A DNA stretch of 57,245 nucleotides, counting the filler, from Sluysia triapertura (Eukaryota), in NCBI GenBank assembly GCA_046118255.1. It is 4 parts of 4 records of this genome, joined end to end, with 100 filler letters (N's around TTAATTAATTAA, not from the genome) between each part and the next. Parts side by side here need not be neighbours in the genome. Positions count along the whole stretch, not along the records: positions 13,305 to 28,403 come from JBJNIA010239550.1; positions 28,504 to 42,426 come from JBJNIA010014533.1; 2 more parts are not named here. One strand, 5' to 3'. Shown in pieces: positions 26,385 to 38,180 of the stretch. The translations under genes were made by a program, and so were the position numbers. The notes under the pieces are model-generated. The model was given only the letters and a program-made list of their open reading frames with translations. It was not told where the DNA came from and ran no database searches. Positions within the stretch are counted from its first letter, which is position 1, and each line of letters begins with the position of its first letter.

Positions 26385-27646
26385 TCAGTTCATTAAAAAG
26401 AATATAAAAAATTGTTTATCTAACATTCTCATTTCTTTAAAACCGCCATTATCGTTTATTTCTTTGAGTCCGCTGGCCACCATATTCCACGACTCTGGTG
26501 TCGTCTTCTTCCACTCACCACATGCGACGTTTTGACCAATCGTAATAAACACTCGAAACCTCGACGAGATCAATAGTGATTTAGCTGCAAACGATTTGAA
26601 CAACGAGCTGATAACAGTAAGAGGTTGGCACGTATTAGAAGTTATCGAACATTCGGTATTATGATCGTAACCTATATATCGTTGCAAAAGATTTTTATAA
26701 TTATCTAGAAGTAGGAATGAAAATTCCTTCTTAAAGTATAATGTAAGTTTTTCAAATGTAATATATTCATTCTTAGATTCGTTTTCAACTGTTACACTGC
26801 TAACTAATAAATTGTAGCAGATGAGTACCCTTAATTTAGGGTGCTTATCGATTAAATCATAAAACCAACGTAACAAATGAATAAAATAGTTTTGTAAAGT
26901 CACAAATTTCACATTATGTATTCTATTTAGCAGTTCTTTTCGTATCTGTCGTTTAGAAGTGTGCAATGCAACAGATCTATCATCATGATCAACGCTATTA
27001 GCTAATACAATTGTGATATTTGTAGATCGATCAAGACAACAACGAAACATAAGTATTACTTGATCGAAGTTATGATATTTGTTGTCGTATAACATTAAGC
27101 ATACTTTATCACAGCTTCTAGTTGGATCAATAAATTTGACAAACCACCTCTCGCGTCCTAATTCACCATTTCTCTCACTTGAACTACATCTACATAATGG
27201 TCTCATAACAATCTCTTTAAGCTCTGATAACAACACTTGGCAAAACTTTAAAATGTCAATTTGAATTTCCAAAGGTATATTCTTCATGTAAAAGGATAAA
27301 TCACCCGTTTCTTCTTCATATTGTAACTCATCGAGTTTATTAAAACGTTCGTTTTGCTTATGCGAGCTACAGTGAAATAGAAAGCACGCTGAAACACCAT
27401 CTCCACATATCTTCACGCAATGACCATAGCATCATATAAGCGATCCAAAAGATAAAAAGATTCATCACCAATTTCGATAAAACAGATGAACTGGACGTTC
27501 ATTACTTCATTTGGTATTATATCTTTATCACTATTAAGTAAAGCATCTTTAGCATGACTCGATCTCAATGCATAACAAGAACCACACATCTCCTTTCGTG
27601 CTTTAATAACATCATTCTTCTCATCGTTGTTATTAGGTTCGTTCAT
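26385..27646 (-). pseudogene. Intronless orphan gene of about 420 codons with one frameshift near 27415-27435; shares a Cys motif with the 35070-36323 ORF
   Basis: the 77-aa ATG ORF overlaps the 343-aa ORF by 4 nt; PLCRCSSSERNGELGR versus PECVCSEDSEVSNSGR. Confidence 0.6.
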
Positions 27647-28328
27647 AGCTTATTTCTATAATCAAATTGTTTTTGAAGTTGCCAAATAATTTTTGAAATG
27701 ATATTTTTGAATTCATTTGAATTATGCTTTATGTTTTTAAACTGTCTCGAATTTTATATTGACCTTGTGTACGACATAGCTTTGATAATTTATTTACACG
27801 TAAGTGAATTTGACCTTCAAGGTCGGTCATGTAGTTTGAAAAAAATTTTTTTTGCACTCTATTCCGATATTTTATTTCACATATGCTTCATTAAAAATCA
27901 AATTTTAATTCTTCAATATTACTCTAAAAAACTCTAGAACTGCCTCAAATTATATATGATCATGTCCAAAAGATGCATTAAAATAACATTAGTCAAGATA
28001 ATTAATTTAAAAAACATTATATATAAATATATAGTTCGAGATATAATATATATAGAAAATTCAAGATATAACAAAATAATATTGTTTATTGTTCTTTTCT
28101 TGTTCGATAGTGTTGATTATTTTTCAATAAATTAATCATTGTAGATATACACTACTATTTACTATTGTTATCAACTAGGGCTATACTTTTGTGAATTATT
28201 CAAATCATCAATTACATAGATCAATCAATTTCAACATATAATTATAAACATGAGGTGTCTTTATCTGGAAAACAAATTGCTTATAGGCAAATAAACAAAC
28301 AATTGAAACAATATTTAATTGAACATAT

Positions 28329-28403
28329 TGTTGGGATTAGTGAAGGATAAGGGTTGATATAAGGGTCAAAACTTGGAATAATATGATAAGTAGAGCGTTA
28401 TTA
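28329..28403 (+). repeat. Terminus of the TGTTGGGATTAGTGAAGG dispersed repeat, cut by the gap
   Basis: inverted copy of 13307-13381. Confidence 0.8.
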
Positions 28404-28503
28404 NNNNNNNNNNNNNNNNNNNNNNNNNNNNNNNNNNNNNNNNNNNNTTAATTAATTAANNNNNNNNNNNNNNNNNNNNNNNNNNNNNNNNNNNNNNNNN
28501 NNN
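28404..28503. other. Artificial assembly linker
   Basis: N44-TTAATTAATTAA-N44. Confidence 0.97.
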
Positions 28504-30531
28504 GTTTGGTATAAAACGTATATACTAAGCGAACTGACCCTACAGATAATTTGTTAGGAATAAGGAAAAATCTAACAATTTTTTCTTCGTATTCTATTCG
28601 TGTTCTATCTAGTAATACATTCCAGATGTCTGTATATTTTAAATTATTTTCTCATTATTTTGAATTCTTAATATCTCCTTTGTTTGGACTAATATACCTG
28701 TTTCGAATGCATTCCGACAATTACTTGGTAATATTTTGATTTGTTCTATTATTGATGAATGACTGTTGTGTCCGCATTATCATATAACCACCGATCTTTT
28801 AATTGAGCATTAATTGAGATACTAATAGACATTTAATATTTTAGTATCTTTTATTCTGGCACTTTTCTGTTCCTGATAGCGAAAATTTTTTTCTAATCAA
28901 AGTTGGCTAAAATCAAACACCTTATTTCCGTTTGTCCCATTTATCCTAAATATTGCTACTAAAATTATTATAAATAACATACTATTTACAGACGTTCCCA
29001 AGTATGGGACAAATACGGGATATGTCCGTTTAATATTTTCTTATTGATGGGTAAATTTGTAATCATACTAAACGACTCATTTAAATTGTTATTTTTCTTT
29101 AATAATATTTTTCATCCTCTTTAGTCATTTATCCAAATATCAAGTTTCTTTTCTACGAAATTTAGAATTTTATATGCACTTAGTTAAAAGTGTAGCCTTT
29201 TTGCTGTGGAAGATAATGTAAGCTACTATAATTTTAAGTCATTCTTAGCTTATTTTTCCACTGCTTTAATTGTTTCTATTAAAGAAATTCTATAACTTTT
29301 TCGTTTAGGCAACAGTATTTTATACTTATCTAAATAAGAAAACTGATAGGATAATATCGAATAGATTAAATTTTTGTTTCTATTTCATTTTTTATACTAT
29401 TAAAAGTTATTTTTTGTTAAATCAATGGCATTTTATATATTAGCTTTGAAACTACTAAGTCATCATGACACTTATTTTTTCTGTGTCTCCATGGTTTTCA
29501 TTTAAAAGTGTTCATTTCCTTAATTTCCATTTCAGTATGTGGGCTTCTATTTAAATCTATTGTGTAATCAGGTTTTTCTTCCTAAAAATCACCATTTATA
29601 TTAATAATTTTAACTAGTCTTTGTGTTTCATTTTCTAAAGGCATTACTGCTATCGACATAAGATTAATTAATTTAATATTACATGATGTTCTTAGTGTTG
29701 CATGTGTGGTTATTCGTTTCACAATTGTTGTCAAATGTGCAACGGACTTTAGACATTGTGAAAATTGTGAAAAAAGAAACATGGAAATTCAGTAAGTAAT
29801 ATACTTTGAGAACGTTCATCATAATGTTTTAAATTATCTTGCAAATTAAGCAATTTGCTGCAATTTAACTTGATTACTAATGTCTCTAATAATATTTTGA
29901 ATTCCTCTAAAATCCTTCACGTATTACATTCTGAGAAATTGTTCATCTCTGTCAACGTTAATTCTGATAAATGTTTCATCTCTAACAACGTCGTAATCTA
30001 TTCTAAATCTATTTAAAACTTGCATAAGAAAACTCATAATATTTGAAATTAAAGTCTCATTGGCTTTCATTGTGAATAATGATCATCTGAGGAATACACT
30101 GCATATTTGGCTATTTTTAGAAAACACAAAAATATACTGATAAAATATATAATAACAAAATTAAATTTGATAATTTTTGAATATTAAAAATTAAAATTAA
30201 AAATAAAAATTAAATTAAAATTAAATTATAATAAAAATAATATAAGAAAAATAATAAAAATACTATTATAGTTGTGTAGGGAAATCATATAAAAATCACA
30301 AACACACCTCATCACATAAGAACATTTCTTACATACATAGAACATTGAACAAACTACTTGACTCATTTAATAACAAACATAGTCGTTGTATATAATTATC
30401 ATAAGTTATAGTTATTATTATTATAAACCCATTTGTAATAATAATTCTTATAATAATATCACAGCATCAGCAACCTCATCGTTTTAAAATATATAATAGT
30501 TATAGTATTGTTGTCATTATTATGATTATTA

Positions 30532-30690
30532 TGTTGGGGTAAAAAGGCCTAAGGTGCCTTTTGGTAAAATTGACTATAATAAAATAAAATTGTTAGAAGG
30601 GGCTGATAGCTCAGTGGTAGAGCATCGAACTACGCAGCTAGAGGTCCCGGGTTCGATCCCCGGTCAGTCCATTGTATGAAAAGTCTAACA
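30532..30690 (+). mobile_element. Short TGTTGGGG...CTAACA element carrying an internal tRNA-like cassette
   Basis: three copies share an approximately 65-bp leader upstream of the tRNA-like part and have TG/CA termini. Confidence 0.75.
30600..30671 (+). pseudogene. tRNA-derived sequence (intact A/B boxes, broken anticodon stem; nominal anticodon ACG)
   Basis: acceptor GGGCTGA/TCAGTCC, D stem GCTC/GAGC and T stem CCGGG/CCCGG pair; anticodon stem TCGAA/GCTAG does not. Confidence 0.8.
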
Positions 30691-31884
30691 ATCGTATAAT
30701 AATTCTTAAAACAATGTCACAACGTTATCAATATCATCATATTAAAATATAATAATGATATTATTGTAATCATTATGATTTCTGTTTTTACACTTCATCT
30801 TCCTTTTATTTTTACCACCAAACTTCCTTATATTCTTTTGTCTGCTTGAGTTGATATGTATATTTACGTACATATGTATATTTATGTATGTGTGATTCTG
30901 ATCCAGTGTCGGAATCATTTTGGACAAACGCTTGGTGTAAATTTGCAAAAAACAATATGGACACATTTGAACATTTGAATACTGACGAATAAAATAGAAA
31001 GTTTTACTGAATCGCATGAATATGTTAACTTGCACAACTTTACTGAAGACAATGACAGACTACATAGGGAAAAGGAAGTATGCAGAAACGCCTTTAAAAT
31101 GTTTAAACTTCGAAAAGAATTACTGCGAATATAGCATGCCATGTCTGTAACCAATAAAATTCGATAAATAAGTATGTGCTCATCAATTCTGCATTGACGA
31201 ACTCGAAATTAATTGGCATTATAAGAAAACAATTTATTTTGTAAGAGCAAAGTTCAACTTTATAATGGTATGAATAATAATTAATTACGAACAGCTCAAA
31301 TTTCAATGTTATACACCAAAATTATGAAACAAAATTATTATCAACTGCAAACAAAACTTATGATTCTTCGAAAGAGACAGAAATTGACATATATAATCCA
31401 AAACATACAAATACAGTTTTCACATTTTATCATCAAGAAAGTATTATGAAAGCAACAACAATAATATATTTCAAAACGATAGCCATTTAATAAATGATGA
31501 AAACCTTTAAAACATTTTTAGACAATTCAATTAAAAATAATATGATGCTTGAAAACAAAATAGCACTCAATTATTCAATTGATATTGTTTTAACATTTAT
31601 CGGTAATTTTGATGATTCACCAAATAAATATATTTTACCAAAAACAAAGAGAAGTACTTTTAGTGATGATTCAAGTGCATAGTATAATACATATGCTAAT
31701 TCAAGCTTCTCTTTTAATATGTTTGGCAATGCTTAAATTTAAACTATAGATGTAGAGCAAATAGTGCGTCAACCAAAACCTGAAATTATATAAAATAATG
31801 TTAAAATTAATAGATACTAATTAATTGCTAACCTAAAAAATATGTTATCGATTGTTTTAAATCAAGCTGTTTTATATTTATGAT

Positions 31885-32492
31885 ATGTTTCTCCTTAAAC
31901 ATTTTATAATAGTACTTTTACTATGTTTGCTATTATGTTATGTAAATGGGTTGTACAAACATTTACATTCTTCGACAGGGGAATCAAACCTCAGTAACAA
32001 TTTAAATGTCAGAACGAAGTATCTACAACCATTTGAAGTGCAAATAACGAATTCAGAACGTTCATGATTTATTATTTACTATTCATATTTGATGATTTAT
32101 CAAAAACTAATAATATTATGTACTTTATGTACTACGGTACATTATTAGGTTCATATAGATATCGTGATTTTGTACTGTTGGATGATGTTATTAATATAAT
32201 AGTAGTTTTACATGATACAGAAACTGTAAAATGCTTGTTCGGAAAATTATCGTCCGAATATTTATACGTTGCAACTTGTATCCGCCACAAATTCTTTCAC
32301 AATTCAGCTAAACCTATTGAAAATTATGAACGTGGTTGGCTAGTTATTGATATTTCTTCTTACATTATTAATGATTTAGATTATTACGATATCATAAGTA
32401 ATAACGATTTGACTCTTGCTTCAGTAATCATTTTTATCAGGTATGATATAAAATATTTGAAATATAATAATATAAGCATAAATAATAAATAA
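31885..32492 (+). pseudogene. LicD/fukutin-family nucleotidyltransferase pseudogene (intronless, frameshift at about 32064)
   Basis: N-terminal signal/anchor; NNIMYFMYYGTLLGSYRYRDFVLLDDVINI matches the LicD GTLLGxxR....PWDDDxD motif with the acidic motif degraded; GWLVIDISSY resembles WPFVDIFFY. Confidence 0.75.
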
Positions 32493-32719
32493 TACCTTGA
32501 AGTTCCAAAGACATATGTAGGGTATTGGGACCCTTATGAAGAGTTAAGTAAGGTTTGGAAAGATGTCTTGAAGCATGGAGGTACCTTTGAACTTCTGAAC
32601 CTTGGATCATTTGAGACTTTGTTGATATTCTGGAACCTTTGAGACCTTAACAAACTTTTAAGATTTTCGAGTAACTTGGTAAAATGCTTGGAACATTTGA
32701 AATGTTCAATAATTAAAAT

Positions 32720-32858
32720 TGTTGGGGTAAAAGACCTAAAAAGTGTCAAGTAGTATAATTGAATATATTAAAAATGATAGCTCAGTGGTAGAGCATTCGA
32801 ACTGCGCAGCGATGGTACCGGGTTCGATCCCCGTCAGTCCATTTTACGAAGTCTAACA
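32720..32858 (+). mobile_element. Second copy of the short tRNA-bearing TG...CA element, with 4-bp TSD
   Basis: aaat|tgttgggg...tgatagctcagtggtagagca...gggttcgatcccc...gtctaaca|aaat. Confidence 0.75.
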
Positions 32859-35069
32859 AAATCATGGGTAATGATATTAAAGATAAATTTGATGCATTAA
32901 TAATGAAAATGAAAAAGAAAAAGGAATCAGAGTGGTAAATGTGAAAATATCTAGAGCATCCTGATTACCTTATAAAGTATTTAACAACTTTATAATCATA
33001 ATAACCTTTTAAATTTAGAATAAAATAAGTTGAAATAAATAAATAATTAGTTAAAATCTTAATAAACTTAATAAAGAAAAATTACATTTGTGTGAATTAC
33101 TTTTGAATGAGGAATGCTGTTTTAAAACTGTAATGGTGTATGCATGTGTTTTAAAGAGATAATTAAAAAATGCTGAATTTTCATATTCAGAATGATGAAA
33201 AGATTGCTATGAAAAAGGAGAATTCGAAAATGAGAATGTTTTTGAAATGGTTTGTTTATAATGAAAATATTAATAATTTTCCATTAGAAAATTAATTAAA
33301 TTACAAAAACTAAAGTTAAATTCATTATTTTTAAGTAAGTCAATAATAATAACAATTGTTATTTTAATGTAAGAAGTGATTCATGAAAAATAGATCTAGT
33401 AGAGTAGAAGAAAAAATAAAATTTGGTTTTAATCAAATTTTTGCGTTCTGCTTGACAGTTTATACCATATAAGTATCAAAAGCATTATGATCGGTTTAAT
33501 CTTAACAGGAGTTTTTTATGATTTGTGTAAGAGTTATTGTTGATTATGAATTTGGGAATGATTGGACAACACAAAAGTATAAAAGAGAATAACAAAATGA
33601 TTTAAGTTAACCAAAAAAGGAATGATGATAAATAAATCCATGCGAGTAATATTTTTTAGTTTGATTTTAATTTAAGTTTTTAAATATTTGAATTTAATAA
33701 GATTATTAATTTCTTGCATAAAATCACAAAATGTTAAAATACTTTTACTTTAACTGATATTATATTTATTATTCGAATAAAATTTAAGCTTTTTTTGTGT
33801 TTATTGACTTTTTCAAATGAGAAAATAGGGATTGAAAAATATTAATTGCTGACGAATATTAATTAGCACTTCCATCTATAAGAACAGAGATGAGTATAGA
33901 ACTCAATCTCCAAAATTAAATTCATCATAAATTAAGCAAAAAGTTATTTAAAATAAAGTTATAAAAGTTTAATTTTAATTTAGAAGCTGGTTAAAAGTAA
34001 ACGAAAAAGAGTAATTTGTTTAAAAAGGAATTAGCAAGTATATAGAGATTTAGGTTAAAGCTTGCAATAACTATAAAAATTATTATTAAAGTTATGTTTG
34101 TGCAAGAGCATAAAGCTATAAATTTTATTATTTTGTGTTATAAATTCTAACACAAACTATAGGAACTATATCTTGAGAAGAGCTCACTAGGAAAAAGACT
34201 GGAGTCTAAATATTATATGCATTAATAATAAAATTTTACATTAAAGTAAGAAGTCAAAAGTCTCACATTATCGGTAAAGGAACCATAAAGAACAAATTTT
34301 GAGAATCAAAGTCAAAGCCTACTATTAAGACTTAAAATAAAACAAAATTAAGCAGAGTTATTATTTACACCTACAATTCTCAAAAATAAGCTTTAATTGC
34401 TCAGGAATCTATTTACGGGTTCCATCACTTTTATACTTGGAACCCATTCTTGATTTTATACTTTGACACATTTTATATTTTAGTGAACATTTCAATTAGA
34501 TTCACTGTTTAATGCCAACCTGTTATAGTTCTAGTGTGAACACATATTACAGTTTCATAAGTATCCTTACATAACATTAATTATGGTCCAAACACAAATT
34601 CAATCTAAAAAACTGGTTCCAAGTTGGCATATTTTTTGGATTAATGTACACAATTTAATTTAATATATATCACTAATTATTGATCTAATACATTTGCAAT
34701 AACATTTTCAATCTTAAAAAATAACTTCACACATTATCTATAATTTTTAAAGATATTAAATATAAATTATTTTACTTTCATGTTATCTACTCACTATACT
34801 TATAAAATGCTTTCATTTATAATGAACCATGACATCATAAAATAAATTTCGTTTATAAATATTTAATTAGCGCACATAGCGGTTGATAGAATTTATAGAC
34901 ATCGATAAAAAATCATACACATATTTTTATAAAGTTTAAATATATTACTTCATAAGTTAAGATATTTTTTCACAAATTAAATCCATAAAACATTTAAATA
35001 AGGAATAATATCAATAATTCCATATATTTGTATACACTCTGAAACACAAATTTGTTTTATATCACCGTA

Positions 35070-36323
35070 TTATTTATTTGCATTTAAACTTTGAAAAATT
35101 TGTTTGGGTTTACACGTTATCGTTTTAATAACTGGTTCACTTTTATGAACTGTCTTAACCACATCGATAACGACTTTACCATTTGAAAGAACTAGTTTTT
35201 TAGGTGCATTTAATACAAGAGAATTGTTTACCATTTCATTCTTTTTTATTTCTTTCGAATTGTCATTTGTAATATTTAGTTCAATGGGAACATGAAGTGA
35301 GTTTGAGTTACAGCGCTTTAAGACTTTTGATTTAGATAGTGGAACATTTTGATTCCATGACCACTTTTTATTTTCACTATGTGGTTGATTAGATACTTGT
35401 GGTTTGACAATAAAATAATTTCTTTCAAGATAGCCTTCAACTGAAGGAACTAAGTGAGAATTTTTAATCTTACACGAATTTTTTATACAAGTTTTCAAAG
35501 TACAATTTTTAGATATCTTCTGAGGTACTTCTTTATTGAGCTCGTATATAGGATTAAAAAACTGATTTACTTTAATGTTTTCTTTAAAACCCATAGTTGT
35601 ATTTCTTTCACTATCAGTTGCGTAATCTGTACTATCGTCATCTTCATTTAAGTTAAATGAACTTGTGTCTATATTTTCATTAATTAGTGATTTTGGGCTT
35701 ATATAACGTTTTTCAGATTTTTTCACAGAATCGTTGAGATCATGGCCGTTACCATTACAATTATTGGTCATAAGAGCTATTAAACAATTTACAAATTTAG
35801 TACGACCTGAATTACTAACTTCGGAGTCTTCACTACACACACACTCAGGGATTTGTCCTATAGCAATAAACATAAAATGCTTAACCAGAAATTTAGACAG
35901 AGGAATAAGAACATCCTCAGTGAATTGTAACTGCTTATTATCCATACTTTTTTTAATACAGTTTGTTATTTTAGTAATGTCAGATAAAAACTGCAAAGCA
36001 TTTTCACCAAGAACATTAAAAAGCTCAAATAGCTGGTATACATTCAAATTATCAAGCCCAGTCATTATGAAGTTATCATTTGGTACTATACTTTGGAAAT
36101 TATTTATTTCTTTTTCTAAAGACTTTAATGAATCACACTTAAATATAGGTCATAATATTAAAAAGAAAATTACTTCACATTGGAAAGAAAACCCAATTGC
36201 ACAAACAATACATCTGGAATCAGGAGTTAAATTTTGTTTAGTACAATCATTACAAAATATTCTATTACATATATCACAATTAAGTAAATTATCATCTTTT
36301 AAGCACCAATAACACCTTTCCAT
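35070..36323 (-). pseudogene. Intronless ORF of 417 codons with an N-terminal ADD-type (all-Cys) PHD finger; one in-frame TGA at codon 58
   Basis: ATG at 36323 is in frame with the 331-aa ORF: MERCYWCLKDDNLLNCDICNRIFCNDCTKQNLTPDSRCIVC; TGA at 36150-36152. Confidence 0.75.
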
Positions 36324-36444
36324 ATCTTCGATTATATTTTAAAACTGTTATTATTAAGGCATGAATTAAAAGAAATATAATTAAAACAAAACAAAATATT
36401 TTCAATTAACCAAGACACATTTATTGATGTCAGTAAAGCACTAA

Positions 36445-36687
36445 CTAAATTCTTTTAGACCTCTGATGTCTTTTTTCTTTTGATTTGATAAATTTATTGA
36501 TTATATTTATTAATACAATTAATCCACCGAGACAGCTATAGCTAATTATCACAGCAATTGCACAATGATAATTATTGTTCATAAAATTTTCATCATATTT
36601 TATAAAATACTTAGCATCTTTTTTAGCATCCTCTAAATTAATACAGTGACATAATTTAATTAATAATAACAAATAAAACAATTTCAT
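36445..36687 (-). CDS. Small putative type-I membrane protein (80 aa)
   Basis: signal peptide MKLFYLLLLIKLCHC, short ectodomain, TM AIAVIISYSCLGGLIVLINII, basic tail KFIKSKEKRHQRSKRI. Confidence 0.55.
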   Translation of the reverse strand: MKLFYLLLLIKLCHCINLEDAKKDAKYFIKYDENFMNNNYHCAIAVIISYSCLGGLIVLINIINKFIKSKEKRHQRSKRI

Positions 36688-37559
36688 ACCAATTTCTGAA
36701 TATTTATAATGTATATTCTCATTAAAGTAGCTTATAAATTATTTTAAATTAGGCATGCAGCATGAATTACATAATTTAGCATAAAACTAAACAAATTGTG
36801 AATTTATTATTCTATTGTTGTAAATGTGCTTCAGGTGACATTTTAATTTTCACAAAATGTGAAAAAGGACACTGAAAATAAATAAAGACCAAAATTTTTC
36901 TTACAATACAAATAAATTAATCAATATATGATATTATTTTGAAATTTAAGCAAGAGAGCAAATGGGAAAATATACTAAATTACATAAAAAAGTATATTCA
37001 GCACAAGAATAAGATTAATTGCTTATCTTATTATAATACATACATCCCTTAGTTTATTTATATTTTCATGATAAATTTTATTTAAAAATTGTGTATTTAT
37101 TTAAAATTATTAACAATAACTTATTAATTAAATTAGGATGAAACCTCGCTATATTTTCAATAATCACAAATCAGATAAAAATTATTACTTATTCTGTGAT
37201 CACAATATACTCTCAATATTGTCAAATAACAAAATATAATACTAAAATCCAGAGTTAAAACAAATATGGGTTAACTAACAACAATAATAAAAATTTTGTT
37301 ACAATATTTAGTCAGTTGCAGAATGTTGAAGCAGCTTTCTTATTGGAAGTTTCTCTTTACTAGTTTATTCTGCTACTTATGTCTGAATATTTAACAAAAA
37401 TATGAACGCTTATAATTTCTGAGGAGATTAACAAAGGAATATTGAAGTAATTACTTAGTGAATTACTTATTCCTTTAAGTCGGTTGCAATCTGACCAATT
37501 TTAATAATTAAATTATGGGGATGATTTCCGTCGACTTCAAATTTATCATATCATAGCAA

Positions 37560-38143
37560 TTACCCAAAAATAATAGTGTTATCTTATTAGCTTAACAATA
37601 TCAAAATGTAATATGACTATCATATTAATGTTTACTGTGCTGGTATTTTTCTTAAGCTTAGCAAAATGTAATTACTAATGAAGGTCAGTCTACGATATAC
37701 GGTTTAAACCTAATGAGACGTATTCATAAGTAACAGCACTTATAAAATTTAAGGTCACGTCTCTTTACTCGTATCTTATATTTCCTCAGTTTATTAACAC
37801 AAATTATAACCTTAATAGTATTACGTTTCTTGAAATCTTATTATTTACTATGAAGGGTTATTATGTAATCAAATTTAATGAGAGATTCTTTGACTTTTAC
37901 AATTATTCGTCTATATTTTTTAACCGATATGACTTTACTCGTTGTTCACGATTTTTAAAGTTCTGTTTGACTTTAAATATCATTTCGCTCACTTTATTAG
38001 GGTTAGTTCACGAGCGCCAACAATTAATATGCTTAGTTTTGTATTGCATAAATAAATTTTATTTAAATTCAGAAATATGTTTTGGATGTATACTTTTACA
38101 AACCGTTTTAATATACTTTCTACAGACAAGTAAGTTTGTTTGA
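37560..38143 (+). pseudogene. Decayed hydrophobic ORF, related to 23238-24130
   Basis: VYDIRFKPNETYS*VTALIKF... continues in frame into the 97-aa ORF 37850-38143 with a hydrophobic, Cys-containing C-terminus. Confidence 0.4.
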
Positions 38144-38180
38144 TACTTAAACAATACTTATCATTAATATCAATGCCTAA

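Noticed and set aside
13305-28403. 75-bp inverted repeats at both ends of contig 2 as TIRs of a 15-kb DNA transposon or Polinton
   Set aside because: Identity ends exactly at a TG/CA terminus with the repeat extending into the gaps, a third diverged copy lies at about 43340-43417, and no transposase, polB or capsid ORF is visible. Contig breakage at a high-copy repeat explains it better.
30600-30671. Functional tRNA-Arg(ACG) gene
   Set aside because: The anticodon stem does not pair, the second copy has a different loop, and it is embedded in a dispersed repeat.
35734-36312. 192-aa plus-strand ORF (also 35454-35651, 27079-27264, 52815-53012, 15077-15286, 15410-15598)
   Set aside because: Antisense shadows of better-supported ORFs on the other strand.
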